Part shown: positions 25,473-36,844 of the stretch, in pieces
How positions within the stretch are numbered: the stretch's first letter is position 1
How the letters are laid out: every line of letters starts with the position of its first letter
Source: an uncultured virus (IMG/VR IMGVR_UViG_3300032322_001263)
Taxonomy: Duplodnaviria; Heunggongvirae; Uroviricota; Caudoviricetes
Length of the DNA: 64,000 nucleotides
Strand: one strand, 5' to 3'
Virus record (IMG/VR): IMGVR_UViG_3300032322_001263
Notes under the pieces: model-generated
Seen by the model: the letters and a program-made list of their open reading frames with translations, nothing else
Databases searched by the model: none
What the model was told of the DNA's origin: nothing
Translations under genes and position numbers: made by a program

Positions 25473-28400
25473 GTGGCAAGTTACGAAGCTCAAATCAATG
25501 TAATTCTGAATGGACAGAGAAGTATTGATGCACTTGCCTCTAGCTTGGGTGAAGTTCAAGCAGCAATTGATCAAATTGAAAGAAGGTGGCGTAGCGCAAC
25601 CCAACTAATTCAAAGAACTCAAATTCGACTCAATGCTATTGGAACAGAGCCTCCCCGTGGGCAGGGCGGAAGATTTACAGGAGATCCAAATAGGCAGGCA
25701 AGATTTGAGGCTTATGCAGTTCAAAGAAGAGCTAGGGGGGAAGAGTTTCTTTCAAGAAGAGCCATAGCAAGGGGGCGATCAGAGGAGGCGATTGTAGGAA
25801 ACCAGATCACCGGCCAGAGGGAGGCCATTAAGCTTGCGGAAAGAAGAGCAGAAATTGAATCAAGGCAAAATTCTGCTGCCATACTTTTTGAAAGACAATT
25901 GCAAGCTTTTAGGAGGGGCGGCGGTGGTACTCGCCTAGATCCGCAATTACAGGAAAGAGCCAGGGAGGCTCAAGCGGCTTACAACGCGATTGGCGGCGCA
26001 GCATCAAGAAATCGTGGACTTGTATCGGCTCTTGCTACCGAAATGGGAAGAGTGGTGCAAGCGCAAAATGAAATGAATAGGGGAGGCTCGCTCAGAAGTA
26101 AAGCATTTGAAACAAGCAGAAGAACGCTTGAAAGAATTTCTGCAGTAGAAGACCAGGGAATGGTTTCTGGATCAAGATTAAGGAGAGCCAGAAATCTTGC
26201 TAATCCGATCACGGAGGCGGCAAATTCAGGTGATCAATTTGCCTTTTCTGAGGCCACTCGCAAAGCCAATGCTTTTATTTCACGCCTAGAGAGAGAATCG
26301 CAGGCTTCAGTCAGGAGGGCGAAAACACAAGCCCCGATGCAATCTGCCCTTGGTGCAATGGAGGGTCGCGGTTCAAATCCATTTGGAATTTCCGATAAGC
26401 AAATAAACAAAGTATTAGATGCAAGAGCTAGCGATTACATGAAAGGGCTTGCTGAAACAGAAAAACTTCAGCAAGTGTTAGGTGGGATGGAAGGCAAAAA
26501 ATACAATCCATTCGGAATCTCCGATAAACAGATCAACGAAGGATACCAAGTAAGAGCAAGTAATTTAATTGAAGCAGAGAAAGCAACCAAAAAAGCTACT
26601 ATCGAAGGGCTGAAATCCGCAATTGCGCTTGAAAAGCAAAGGCTCACTGCAGTAGAAAGGATATTGCAAGTTGAAGAAAAAATTAAATCAGCAAAAAGAA
26701 TAACAAAAGCCGAAGCTCTTGACTATTACTTCCAGGGTGGACTGCAGCAGCTTGCACTTCCCTTTGGGGATGAAAGTCTTCCTGGTATTCGCGGTGGCGC
26801 AAGGCGTGGAGCCGGAAGAAACATTGAAAGACTTGGTGGAGCAAGAACTGCCGATCAGGCTCAGTCTACTTTGCGCTTTGCACAAGCGAACTCACAGCTT
26901 GCAAAAAGCGTTAGCGCAGTGGACACGGAATACAATCGCTTTTTACCTGACACAAAAATGCTTAACGCTACTGGGCGTGGCATACAGAGACTGAAAACAG
27001 ATCAGGATCAATTTAATGAGTCTGTAAAAAGCGGTACGCGATTCCAGCAAAAGTACAACGAAGAACAGGAGCGTCAAAGAAAAATCTACGGCAATCGCTA
27101 TCCAGTTGGAACAGTGAAGCCCGATGGTATGGCAAAAGGCGCCCCAATTGATGGGCAAAAAAAGCTAACTTCTATTTACAATGCTAACAGAATACTGCTT
27201 GGAAAAGTAGTCGAACTTGAGGCAAGGGGGCTTAACGCAGCAAGCGAAAGAATTGCAATTAGGAATCAGGAGAATAGAATTTTGTCTGGGACGTTTAATA
27301 TTACCTCAAAAAATCTTGATGCTGAATACGAGGCTTTGTCTGTTATCTCACGAAGCATACAGCTTTACGGACAAAGAGAAAAAATACTTAAGAGCCAAAG
27401 CACCGGCTATCCGTCTTCGCCAATTGGTGGCGGCGTGAATATGCCAGGGAGCCCCATCTTCAATCAAACACCGTTCCTTGAGCGTAGATTTGGTGCGAGA
27501 GGCGGTGCTGCCATTAGTGAGGGCCTGATCGGTGGCGCCTTCCCGCTGCTCTTTGGCCAGGGAGTCGGTGCAGCCGCTGGCGGTGGCTTGGGTGGTGCCC
27601 TGGGCGGCTTTGCCGGGGGCGGCCTTGGCTTTGGCCTGTCCCTGATTGGAACTGCAGTGGGATCGGCCCTGGACGGTGTTACAGCCGCTGCCAAGGATGC
27701 CGCTGCTTCACTGCAAGACCCAATTACAAACTTTCAAAAACTGGCAGATAGCGGTCTAGCCCTTTCCAATGCTTCCTTAAAAGCTGATCAAGCACAGCAG
27801 CTACAAATCAGAAACCTAATTGAATACGGCAACTCAACAAAAGCTGCTGCCATAATTCAAGGAGAACTTGCTAAGAAGATTGGTGTACTCGCCATGCGAG
27901 ATATGGCAAATCTTGACAATCAAAGCGTAAGGCTTGGAAAAGCTTGGGCGGAGCTAAACCTGCAGATACAGGCAGCTATCGCCGGTCCGCTTGCGGGTTT
28001 GCTTGAATGGACGGCAAACATGATTAATCTATTCACTAGCGGAACTAGAAAAAAAGTAGATGAGCAAAACTTTATTGATTCTCTGCCAGCAGATGTAAAA
28101 AAAGAATACATAAGACAAAAGCAGGCAAACCTGTACGGCGCACAACCGGATGCTGCGATAAGAGCAAAATTCCAAGGGCAGGCTGGACCGCTTAATCTGC
28201 CAAAAGCAAACATTGATCCGTTAAAACTGCAGGAAGAGCAGGATAAGTTGCGCCAGGAAGACAGAGACAAGGATGACAAGCTATTACAGAGAAAAATTGA
28301 AGCGGAAGATTTAATCAGAAATTCACAGAATCAAAGTCGTCAATTTGAATATCAACTTATTGACCTTAGGAGACAGGGTATTGATTTGCAGCGTCGCGTT

Positions 28401-30848
28401 AACGACGATATTTTCAACAAACAGCAACAAATCCAGCGTGATCAAATTTCAAATGATCGCCTCAGAAAGCAAATTGCAATTGATACCGTAGACCTCCAGT
28501 ACAGCAAGATGATCTCCAATGAAGAGGGCAGGGCCGCTGCTGTTCTTTCAGCGGAAGCCGATCTGGTGAAGATGCGTAGTACAAATGCAGCCGAGATTGA
28601 AGTAGCTCGTCGCAGTCTTGAGATTGACATTGCAAAACAACAGCGCGATACGCAAAACTACATTTACGGACTCGCCCGTGAAGCTGACTCAATTCGCCGC
28701 GCAACCCTGAACTACGAAGTTCAAATTGAAGATTACAGAATTGCACAGGAGAGGAAGATTGCGGAAATCCGTAGGAGTGTTATGAGGGAAGAAGAAGACA
28801 TACAAATCAAGCGTGATCGCGGTTCGCCCGTCTACCAGGGGCAGGCGATGGGCGATGGGGCCTACGCGGGGAAGACGGGTGGTGGACAGCTAGATGCAAG
28901 CGCTGGAAGAAGCTCGGGGCCTCACTTACATGCACAGGGTGGCCCAAGTATAGAGGCATTACGCCGTTGGGTCGATAGTGCGCTCAGCTTTAATGGAATG
29001 ACCGCTTCACAATTAAGCATCAAAACTTCTGGACGCTTGGGGCGAGGGGCTTACGGGCCTGGCGGGCATGGATACATTGGACAGGATTATTACATTGATC
29101 AAGCAACACCATTTGCTTTGCGCCCTGGCTGGCAGTCAACTGATATGGGAATTCGCGGTGCGCTGGGTCGCGGGTTGGCAGTTAAAGGGCCAAATGGGGA
29201 ATCTTTTCAGCTTGGCCACCTTGTCGATGCAGTAACTACTGCTGCTAGGTCTGGGGCAGCGCAATCTGCAAGCGCTGCACCCGCCGCTGGCCGCACAAAC
29301 ACAGAGGCCGCCATTGTAAAAGCAAATACTAACGATGCTGTAGTTCAAGCCCGTCCAGCAATTCCCGGTGTTCCTGTCTCTAAAATTAGCGGACAGCAGA
29401 CAGCACTTGACAATCAAGGTAACAAGATCAAGCAGGATGCAATTGCTCTTCAGGAAAAATTAAACAAACTTGGCGAAGAAGGTGCGCTTCAGAGGGTACT
29501 TGATGCTGCAAGAGGCGAGAATACTGTCAAACAGAAGAACCGTGAGCTTGACATACTCAAAGCAGAGGCAATGTCAATTGATGCAACGGCTTCCGAAAAG
29601 CAGGCAATTGCAACACTTGACGCAAGATCGGCGGAGACGCTGAAGCAAGTTAGAAGTGAGAACGAAACTATACTAAAAAATACAAAGCTAACCGGCAAGG
29701 AAAAGGAAAAGCTTGTTGAGGCAACCGCAAAATATCTGGCAAATACAGAAGCTGCTCTTGCCGTAGACAAGGCAATGCTTGAGACTCAGCAGGAAATGCG
29801 ATTTATTTCTGAAATTGCAGAGAAGCGACTACAGCTCAGGAATCGTGATGCTGCTATAAATGTTGGATTCTTTGGCGCTGGAGCACAGGCCTACAATCAA
29901 GAGCTTACAGCCGGAAGTGGCGATTCAGCAAAGGCGGCAGAACAAGCTCGATTAACAAGAGCGTCTGAGGTTCAAAATGAGATTGTCCAAATTCGTGAAA
30001 ATATTCAAAGCTTAATTGATCCAACGAATCAAGTTATCGGAGGTGCGAAAGCAATTGGCGGCGCTTTCAGCGATAGCTTCAAGGCTGTATTCCTTGGTGC
30101 GAAATCTGGAAGAGAGGCTTTGGCTGATTTCTTCCAGAAAACTGGCGAGCATTTCCTTGAAATGGCAACCCAGATGATGGCGCAAAAGATAATTCTTGAT
30201 TTGATTGGTTTTGGCCTAAGTAGCTTTGGCCTTAGTGGTGCGACTGGCAGTATCGCAAGTGGCTTTCAGTTGCCGGGCCAAGCCTTTATGCCAGCAGGCG
30301 GTAGTTTTAAGTTTGCAAATGGTGGAGCGTTTACAAACTCTGTTGTTTCTTCGCCAACACTATTTCAGTTCGCCAACGGAGGAGCCCTCAGTAACGGCGT
30401 GATGGGCGAGGCGGGGCCAGAAGCCGTCATGCCTCTTTCAAGGGGGCCAGGGGGGCGTCTGGGCGTCGATGCGAGCGGAATGGCAACAGCCTCCCGCGAA
30501 GCGTTGCAGCAGGCTGGCCAGGAGGTTGCTGCCTCCCGCGAAGCGTTGCAACAGGTATCGCAAAGTGATAGCAGCAAAGGAGCGGTCGGGACTAATGGCT
30601 TTGCACCGCAAAGTAAAATGTTTGCTGAATCAAGGCAAGCACTTGCAACCTCTACTAGATCGCAGGAGACAGCCTCTTCTGAGAGTCCTGCGCCACTTAG
30701 GATTGAAACTATTCAAGTTGGCAAGCTTGATGTTGTTACTGTTCAACAAGCAAAAGCAATTGCTGATGCAAGCTCAGCTCGCGGGAACGCCAAGCAAACA
30801 AGGCTGCTACAGTCAAGTCCTGCGGCTCGCAGGTCAATGGGGATCTAA
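25473..30848 (+). CDS. tape measure protein with embedded M23-like peptidase domain
   Basis: 1791 aa, helical; GG-rich hydrophobic segment; C-terminal FANGG...MGEAGPEAVMPL..GRLGV motif. Confidence 0.9.
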   Translation: MASYEAQINVILNGQRSIDALASSLGEVQAAIDQIERRWRSATQLIQRTQIRLNAIGTEPPRGQGGRFTGDPNRQARFEAYAVQRRARGEEFLSRRAIARGRSEEAIVGNQITGQREAIKLAERRAEIESRQNSAAILFERQLQAFRRGGGGTRLDPQLQERAREAQAAYNAIGGAASRNRGLVSALATEMGRVVQAQNEMNRGGSLRSKAFETSRRTLERISAVEDQGMVSGSRLRRARNLANPITEAANSGDQFAFSEATRKANAFISRLERESQASVRRAKTQAPMQSALGAMEGRGSNPFGISDKQINKVLDARASDYMKGLAETEKLQQVLGGMEGKKYNPFGISDKQINEGYQVRASNLIEAEKATKKATIEGLKSAIALEKQRLTAVERILQVEEKIKSAKRITKAEALDYYFQGGLQQLALPFGDESLPGIRGGARRGAGRNIERLGGARTADQAQSTLRFAQANSQLAKSVSAVDTEYNRFLPDTKMLNATGRGIQRLKTDQDQFNESVKSGTRFQQKYNEEQERQRKIYGNRYPVGTVKPDGMAKGAPIDGQKKLTSIYNANRILLGKVVELEARGLNAASERIAIRNQENRILSGTFNITSKNLDAEYEALSVISRSIQLYGQREKILKSQSTGYPSSPIGGGVNMPGSPIFNQTPFLERRFGARGGAAISEGLIGGAFPLLFGQGVGAAAGGGLGGALGGFAGGGLGFGLSLIGTAVGSALDGVTAAAKDAAASLQDPITNFQKLADSGLALSNASLKADQAQQLQIRNLIEYGNSTKAAAIIQGELAKKIGVLAMRDMANLDNQSVRLGKAWAELNLQIQAAIAGPLAGLLEWTANMINLFTSGTRKKVDEQNFIDSLPADVKKEYIRQKQANLYGAQPDAAIRAKFQGQAGPLNLPKANIDPLKLQEEQDKLRQEDRDKDDKLLQRKIEAEDLIRNSQNQSRQFEYQLIDLRRQGIDLQRRVNDDIFNKQQQIQRDQISNDRLRKQIAIDTVDLQYSKMISNEEGRAAAVLSAEADLVKMRSTNAAEIEVARRSLEIDIAKQQRDTQNYIYGLAREADSIRRATLNYEVQIEDYRIAQERKIAEIRRSVMREEEDIQIKRDRGSPVYQGQAMGDGAYAGKTGGGQLDASAGRSSGPHLHAQGGPSIEALRRWVDSALSFNGMTASQLSIKTSGRLGRGAYGPGGHGYIGQDYYIDQATPFALRPGWQSTDMGIRGALGRGLAVKGPNGESFQLGHLVDAVTTAARSGAAQSASAAPAAGRTNTEAAIVKANTNDAVVQARPAIPGVPVSKISGQQTALDNQGNKIKQDAIALQEKLNKLGEEGALQRVLDAARGENTVKQKNRELDILKAEAMSIDATASEKQAIATLDARSAETLKQVRSENETILKNTKLTGKEKEKLVEATAKYLANTEAALAVDKAMLETQQEMRFISEIAEKRLQLRNRDAAINVGFFGAGAQAYNQELTAGSGDSAKAAEQARLTRASEVQNEIVQIRENIQSLIDPTNQVIGGAKAIGGAFSDSFKAVFLGAKSGREALADFFQKTGEHFLEMATQMMAQKIILDLIGFGLSSFGLSGATGSIASGFQLPGQAFMPAGGSFKFANGGAFTNSVVSSPTLFQFANGGALSNGVMGEAGPEAVMPLSRGPGGRLGVDASGMATASREALQQAGQEVAASREALQQVSQSDSSKGAVGTNGFAPQSKMFAESRQALATSTRSQETASSESPAPLRIETIQVGKLDVVTVQQAKAIADASSARGNAKQTRLLQSSPAARRSMGI

Positions 30849-31321
30849 TGGATTACGACATTAGCGAAGGCGTCTATGTGCAGTTTTTAACGAAAGCTGG
30901 CACACCAACTGGATATGCGTTTCAACAATTTCATCAGGGTGAAATACGCACCTACAAGGGTGTTGAATTCTTATTTGCTCCATTTGAGTATAGTGGCGCA
31001 AGTATTGATTTAGGTTTTCCAAATGCGGAAGCGGTGCTGGCATTTCATACCAGTGTGCTTGGCTTAAATATTTGGAAGCAAGCATCAGATGATTTTTGGA
31101 TTGCTAGGGTACGCACTGTATGGCTTGATCCGTTAACACTTGATGAAACTGGAGTCGAGATGGTCGATAACTATGCTGTTACCGGCTTTGATCACGATCT
31201 TCAAATAGTAAGCTTGCGCCTTGGAAGTCCATTGGACGCCATTGGCTCCGACTGGCCACGTAGAGTATTGACACAGGCAATGGTCGGTGCATTGCCACCA
31301 AATGGAGAGGTCAGCTTCTAA
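30848..31321 (+). CDS. minor tail protein (tail-tip, gpL-like position)
   Basis: Directly after TMP; FAPF and LGSPLDA...PRRVLT motifs. Confidence 0.65.
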   Translation: MDYDISEGVYVQFLTKAGTPTGYAFQQFHQGEIRTYKGVEFLFAPFEYSGASIDLGFPNAEAVLAFHTSVLGLNIWKQASDDFWIARVRTVWLDPLTLDETGVEMVDNYAVTGFDHDLQIVSLRLGSPLDAIGSDWPRRVLTQAMVGALPPNGEVSF

Positions 31322-34300
31322 TGCTTGGGAAAAAGCGCCAGCGACTGCTGCTTCCAGCCGATAGAGAAATTATTTCAATACTTGGCGTTACGGAGCAGGA
31401 GTATAGAGACTTCCTGTTGGAACAAGAGCGATTTCATAGGCAGCGACCGGCAAAGGGGCCAGTTGCTTCAGCAGTTCCCTTTACCGCCCCTTTGGCTGCG
31501 GCTGGCCCACCTGGACTTGTCGCATCTATATTAATCAATTTAGCAATTGCCGCTGTACTCACTGCTGTTTCGTATCTACTTCGTCCCAGGCAAACGCAAC
31601 CCAAGAAGCCGGGAGAGCTGAGGCAGCAACAGCAGCAAGGACAGTCTATTGTAAGTAGAACTGAGTTTACACCAAAGCAGGGAATTTCCAGCACTCAAGA
31701 TGTAGTTGAGCTTGGCGCAACCATTCCCGTCGTTTGGGCTAACCGTGAAACCATTGGTGACTCAACTTACGGCGGGGTGCGTGTTAACTGCCCAATGATT
31801 TGGTCGCAGATGTACTCTCTTGGCGGAAGTCAAATGCTAAGAGCGATTTACCTTGTTGGGGAGGCTTCTGTTTCTGGTATTGATCCCCAGCAGTGTGCCT
31901 TTGGCGAAAACTTATTAAGTGCCTACGATCTTGGTGCTGCTGGCGAATCGAGCGCAAGGATCACGATTTATCATCGGCCTGATGGTGGCCGCATTCGTTC
32001 AACTGATCGGATTGCTGGAAGGCTTGCAAGCAGTGATCCAGGTAACTCTGAAAATCTTGGAGCGGCTGACGTATTTCAAGTTCGCGGACTTAATAATGCT
32101 TGGGTTCCTGCAACCAGCTATACATACCGGCCAAGCAGTCAAAACATATTTGGTGTTTACTCGCCAATTGGTAACGGCTTAGCTTATCGACTCAATCCGT
32201 CGATGCGCCCAGCTCTTAACGTAAACATTGTCCAAGCTTCACAGTATTGGACTGCTAGAGGGTATTCCCAGATTCAGTGCTCTCCCGATAATTCAGCATT
32301 GGTTCAGCGACAAAAGAACGATTCTATCAACCAGAGCCGAGCCGGACTTATCACGCTTCGCCGCAATGGTTCAGTCATTACCGACAGCAACTTACTTGTC
32401 GATGACGAATTGGACTACCTGCTTGATTCTGCCACTTCGGCTGCAGAATCTTTTACTAGCGGTAATTTCTCAGAACTAAAAGGTGACATTGGCGCTGCCG
32501 TTGCTGGCAGGCAACGTCAATGGGATGACTCGATCATTGTTGGAGAAACCTATCGAATCGGGTCTGCAATTGGAATTTGCAAGTCCAGGACGCCATCAGA
32601 TGATACATTTTATTCTGATGTAGAAAATCAGCCGATTGGTGGTGGCGTTTCTGTCGTTGCAACCTTCATAATTGTATCTCCAGGAATATGTGATGTTCCT
32701 GGCTCTGGCGGGACAAGATGTGGCACGGCTGCACCGCATATTATGCGACTAGCCAGGGCAACGATTGCCATACCACAACCGGCTCAAGTTGTGGAAGTGG
32801 GCGGCAAATCAACAGTTGGCATCAGGGTCAGTGGATTCTGCAACATTAAAGACTCTCCTAGCTACGAAAGGATCGACCTGAACGCTTGTCTTATTTACGA
32901 CACCTTGCTGTTGGCGCCCAGGCAAATTCTTGACGTAACAATATTTCAGTCTGGTACAATTACGCAAATCGAAACTCGTTACAGCTTTTGGCGTTTGCGT
33001 TACAGGATTGCTGGTAGCTCTTCTAGTTGGTCTGAATTTCCGCAGTTGTTTGGCGTATCTGGAAGTACGCAGCAGCAGCAATACTGGTATAACCGCATTG
33101 AATTTCCTTCTCGTCAGCGCTGGGAACTTGAGTATTTACCAGTAAGTGGATGGGAAGTTCGTAGCAATGTTGCCAGCGGTCAGCTTGTGGTAATTGATGC
33201 ACGGCTATCAAGCTTGTTGACGGTTACCGATGGCGTTGCCGTTGTCAGAGTACCCGGCACTTTTCTTGATCGTCAGAAATCAGAGTTTCAAATGCCTTGT
33301 ACGATTCCATCAAGCGGAAACTTTGGAATTCCTTACGTTGATGGAGACAATATCGTAGATGACTGGGCGCGGTTAGCCGAGCAGTTCGTTTATGAGGAAT
33401 TTTCCGCTAGCTGCACAAGTCCAGAGCATGAGATTTCTTACGTTAATGTTATTGATAATTCACCAGTTCCAGCAACCTACGACAATCTCACCCTTGTTGC
33501 TGTAAATATTCGTAGCTCAACAGAAGTATCAAACCTGGGCCAGTTTAGTGTTTATGTAAACCAAGGACTTGCAGCTTCTCATTCTTTCCCTGATTTACTT
33601 CTGACTGGTCTTACGAATACTCGCTACGGTGTTGGTACGATTGTAAGTCCAGAGCAAATTAACTACCCTTCTTTTGCTGCTGCTACAACCTGGACAAGAA
33701 ACAGAAAATACTTTTGGGATGGTGCATTGTCAAATCCAGTCAATATGCGTTCATGGGGAACAGATACAGCCGCCCTCTTCCTTCTTGATCTTGTAACAAA
33801 GAATGGAATAAGCTATCTGCAACCCGCTATCCTGTTTGACGAGACTGAGGAAGTAAAAGGATTGTTCAATGCTGGCGTTATTAAAGAAGGTACATTTAAG
33901 GTCAATTACTTTGATCAGGCTGATCGTCAACCAATTAGGGTGTCGGTCAAGTGGCGTGAAGAAAGGCGCTCAGAAGGCGATGGAAGCAATCGTGGTCTTT
34001 TTCCCGTTATTCGTGAAGTTACCGTAAGAGAAGCTGGCGTAAGCGATGCGGCACCTCTTGAAACAATAGACATGACAGATTTTTGCACCAGCGAAAAACA
34101 TGCAATTGATGCCGCAAAGCTTAAGACAAGATTCAAGAGATTAATGACGCATCAGGTAACTTTTGAAGTTCCGCCACAGCAGGCAACTCTTGTTCCTGGG
34201 CGATGCTTCAAGCTTGCAATGGAAACAGTTAGCTACGCCGCTCCACGCAATGGTGTAATTCTAAAAGATGGTACAATTATCAATAATGATTCCATTACGG

Positions 34301-34932
34301 ATGGCACATACGATGTACTACTTTGGACTGGAGTTGGCGCTGTTCAGGAGACTCAGATAACAATAGTCAATGGTAAAGCTTTGAATCCGACTCAAGCTGT
34401 TTTTTGCATTGCTGAGGTTAATTCTGTTGAGCCTGTTTACAAAGTTCAAAGCATGGGATTTACGGAAGAAGGAACAATACAGGTTACTTCAATGTCGTGG
34501 CCGCTTGATGAAAGTGGATATAGCCAGGTGATTACAGGCTGGGATATTCCTGGCAACTGGGTGATAGACGGTGCAATCGGCACAACAGATCAACCGGGAA
34601 TTATTTTGCAATCGTTTGACGGGGTAACACTTATCGGTCCATCAACGCTAACCATTAACTCACCAGAAAACTATTCAGCCATAGTCAACGGTACTGGTGC
34701 TGGCTTTACTTATTTCTGGTCTGGAGCTGGTTTAACGTTTGGAACGCCATCGGCTTCAATTACGACTATTTCAGCAACAAGCACAGGAGCCAAGACAGCA
34801 AACTGTGCCGTGACCCGTAACGGTGTCACGATTACCGCCAGCCATCCAATTCTGGCAGTATCAGCGTCCACATCTACAACGATTGGTGGTGTAACTGTTT
34901 CTGGCGCCGCGTCCCTCTCTCCTGGTTCCTAA
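31321..34932 (+). CDS. tail tip / central hub protein (gpJ-like)
   Basis: 1203 aa; GATIPVVW, FWDG and LFNAG.I motifs; C-terminal Ig/PKD-like repeats. Confidence 0.75.
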   Translation: MLGKKRQRLLLPADREIISILGVTEQEYRDFLLEQERFHRQRPAKGPVASAVPFTAPLAAAGPPGLVASILINLAIAAVLTAVSYLLRPRQTQPKKPGELRQQQQQGQSIVSRTEFTPKQGISSTQDVVELGATIPVVWANRETIGDSTYGGVRVNCPMIWSQMYSLGGSQMLRAIYLVGEASVSGIDPQQCAFGENLLSAYDLGAAGESSARITIYHRPDGGRIRSTDRIAGRLASSDPGNSENLGAADVFQVRGLNNAWVPATSYTYRPSSQNIFGVYSPIGNGLAYRLNPSMRPALNVNIVQASQYWTARGYSQIQCSPDNSALVQRQKNDSINQSRAGLITLRRNGSVITDSNLLVDDELDYLLDSATSAAESFTSGNFSELKGDIGAAVAGRQRQWDDSIIVGETYRIGSAIGICKSRTPSDDTFYSDVENQPIGGGVSVVATFIIVSPGICDVPGSGGTRCGTAAPHIMRLARATIAIPQPAQVVEVGGKSTVGIRVSGFCNIKDSPSYERIDLNACLIYDTLLLAPRQILDVTIFQSGTITQIETRYSFWRLRYRIAGSSSSWSEFPQLFGVSGSTQQQQYWYNRIEFPSRQRWELEYLPVSGWEVRSNVASGQLVVIDARLSSLLTVTDGVAVVRVPGTFLDRQKSEFQMPCTIPSSGNFGIPYVDGDNIVDDWARLAEQFVYEEFSASCTSPEHEISYVNVIDNSPVPATYDNLTLVAVNIRSSTEVSNLGQFSVYVNQGLAASHSFPDLLLTGLTNTRYGVGTIVSPEQINYPSFAAATTWTRNRKYFWDGALSNPVNMRSWGTDTAALFLLDLVTKNGISYLQPAILFDETEEVKGLFNAGVIKEGTFKVNYFDQADRQPIRVSVKWREERRSEGDGSNRGLFPVIREVTVREAGVSDAAPLETIDMTDFCTSEKHAIDAAKLKTRFKRLMTHQVTFEVPPQQATLVPGRCFKLAMETVSYAAPRNGVILKDGTIINNDSITDGTYDVLLWTGVGAVQETQITIVNGKALNPTQAVFCIAEVNSVEPVYKVQSMGFTEEGTIQVTSMSWPLDESGYSQVITGWDIPGNWVIDGAIGTTDQPGIILQSFDGVTLIGPSTLTINSPENYSAIVNGTGAGFTYFWSGAGLTFGTPSASITTISATSTGAKTANCAVTRNGVTITASHPILAVSASTSTTIGGVTVSGAASLSPGS

Positions 34933-34949
34933 TTCCTGGATCACCTTTT

Positions 34950-35849
34950 ATGGCATCCGTAACTTCAACATATACAGCTACAATTTCTGGATCTGCCGCC
35001 GATGTAGCCTATTCTTGGTCTGTGCCGGTGGTGCCAGCGGGCGGATTGGTACAATTCAGCACAACCAATACAAGGAGCGTTGTTGCCACATTTAGTGCTA
35101 ATGGGGTCTACGTTCTGCAGTGTCGCGTAACAAGCTCTTCGGCTGCCGATCAATCCCTTAATTTACCTGTTACCTTTAATACAAGCACCAATACATGCAA
35201 CATTGCTAGCCATTCTTTTTCAATAGGCAACGAAATCAGTTTCTTGTCTAATTCCGGCATACTACCTATTGGGTTACTTGAACGCACTCCTTACTATATT
35301 CTCTCAAGCGGTTTTACGTCAAATGCTTTTACGGTTGGAGTTGAACCAGGCGGCTCAGTTATTGATATAAGCGGCTCGGCTTCCGGCACCTACCGAGTAG
35401 TCAGGGTTGGAAGAACAGCTCTTTATACGGTTACAGTAAGTGGCATTACTGATTTAATTTCTGGAGGGCGAATTAGTATCAGCTTCACAACCGGAGTATT
35501 AGCGCAATTTGGTGTAGCTGATTTTACCATGAATGTCGGGAAGCTGGCGGAATTGCTGTCCGTACAGTTGTCTGAGCCGTCTTGGGTAAGGCTCTACCGA
35601 TCAAGCGCACAGAGAGCGGCGGATACCAGGAGCAGTCCTGGCGGCACCTTGCAAGCAATGATAAATTTAAGAGACAACAAGCCTTATTCTGAAAACGTAA
35701 CAACAACAGCAGGGCAAACAATTATCCAAAACCCAGTCTCAATACAGCAAGGAGACAGCTCTGGCCTTGTCTATGTTAGACTAATTAAGCAAAGTGCTGG
35801 GTCTTCGGTTGTTACGTTGACCATCACGATCTTCCCCCAAGAGGCTTAA
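34950..35849 (+). CDS. tail-associated structural protein
   Basis: Ser/Thr-rich beta protein with a PKD-like start. Confidence 0.65.
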   Translation: MASVTSTYTATISGSAADVAYSWSVPVVPAGGLVQFSTTNTRSVVATFSANGVYVLQCRVTSSSAADQSLNLPVTFNTSTNTCNIASHSFSIGNEISFLSNSGILPIGLLERTPYYILSSGFTSNAFTVGVEPGGSVIDISGSASGTYRVVRVGRTALYTVTVSGITDLISGGRISISFTTGVLAQFGVADFTMNVGKLAELLSVQLSEPSWVRLYRSSAQRAADTRSSPGGTLQAMINLRDNKPYSENVTTTAGQTIIQNPVSIQQGDSSGLVYVRLIKQSAGSSVVTLTITIFPQEA

Positions 35850-35851
35850 TC

Positions 35852-36844
35852 ATGGCTGTTGTTGAAATTCCCCGTATCGCTCAGGCCCCGTGGAACATCG
35901 GGCAGGTTTGCGATGCAGTGAAGCAAGCGTTTATTGATGCCGGTCTGATGACCGACTGGTTTGATAGTTTCACCAATGGTGGCTACGAACATCGAGTACT
36001 GGAGATTACCTATAACTCTAGTAAGACTTATGGTAAAACATATTACCAGTTTGTTTTTGGCGCTGATGGTGGCCAAGGTTCTGGTATCTGGGTTTTAACT
36101 AGTACGGGATGGAACGCTACCACGCATTACCCACGGGGGGCGGGTACTTCTGTTGGTACACAAGGGGTAGACTGGCGGGAGAATAGTGGCACTCTGAATC
36201 CCGGTGAAGGCACTAAACTTATAAATCTTTCTACATCAATAAGTTTTTCAGTTACTAGCTACACATCAGGTGGTCGCGCTTTCTTCACGTTAAGGACGGG
36301 AACCGGGTGGGGTACTTTTACGATTGATCCAGCAGGGACAACGTTCCGGTCTTTCTTCGACTTAAACCTTGGATACCATAGTGGTATCTATGGCCTCAAC
36401 ATGGAAGATAGGAAACTTAATGTTGTTGCTCTTCATAGAAATACACGCGAGCTTTTGATTGGATCTTCAGTAGGTGGCATTGGCGGCGCCAACTATGGAG
36501 TGACAGTAAACATGTTTTGCTTACCAGTTAACTATCCCAATAACTACTACACTGCTTTCCCTGCAGCTGGTTTTGTCTTACCTGGCTGGACAACCAATCG
36601 AAACCCAAGCGCTGGCTCAAACTTCAACCCAATCTTCACTGGGCTCCGACTTACATCCATCCATGCCGCTGACCTTCCTTCAGATTTTGGCATAACAATG
36701 ATCAAAAATAGCAACATCCTGGCTATCCAGGATAACGCAACAGTGACTCCTGGGGTAGAGGAGTATGAAATCCTTGCTTTCACTAATGGGGATGGCGGTG
36801 GCGGCGTCACGAACAGCCCAGCCTTCCTGGCCAGGACTATCTGA
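35852..36844 (+). CDS. virion structural protein
   Basis: Beta-rich, in tail module. Confidence 0.65.
   Translation: MAVVEIPRIAQAPWNIGQVCDAVKQAFIDAGLMTDWFDSFTNGGYEHRVLEITYNSSKTYGKTYYQFVFGADGGQGSGIWVLTSTGWNATTHYPRGAGTSVGTQGVDWRENSGTLNPGEGTKLINLSTSISFSVTSYTSGGRAFFTLRTGTGWGTFTIDPAGTTFRSFFDLNLGYHSGIYGLNMEDRKLNVVALHRNTRELLIGSSVGGIGGANYGVTVNMFCLPVNYPNNYYTAFPAAGFVLPGWTTNRNPSAGSNFNPIFTGLRLTSIHAADLPSDFGITMIKNSNILAIQDNATVTPGVEEYEILAFTNGDGGGGVTNSPAFLARTI

Noticed and set aside
34900..34960. Readthrough or fusion of the hub gene with 34950-35849
   Set aside because: Different frames, a normal ATG start and no slippery site; treated as two genes
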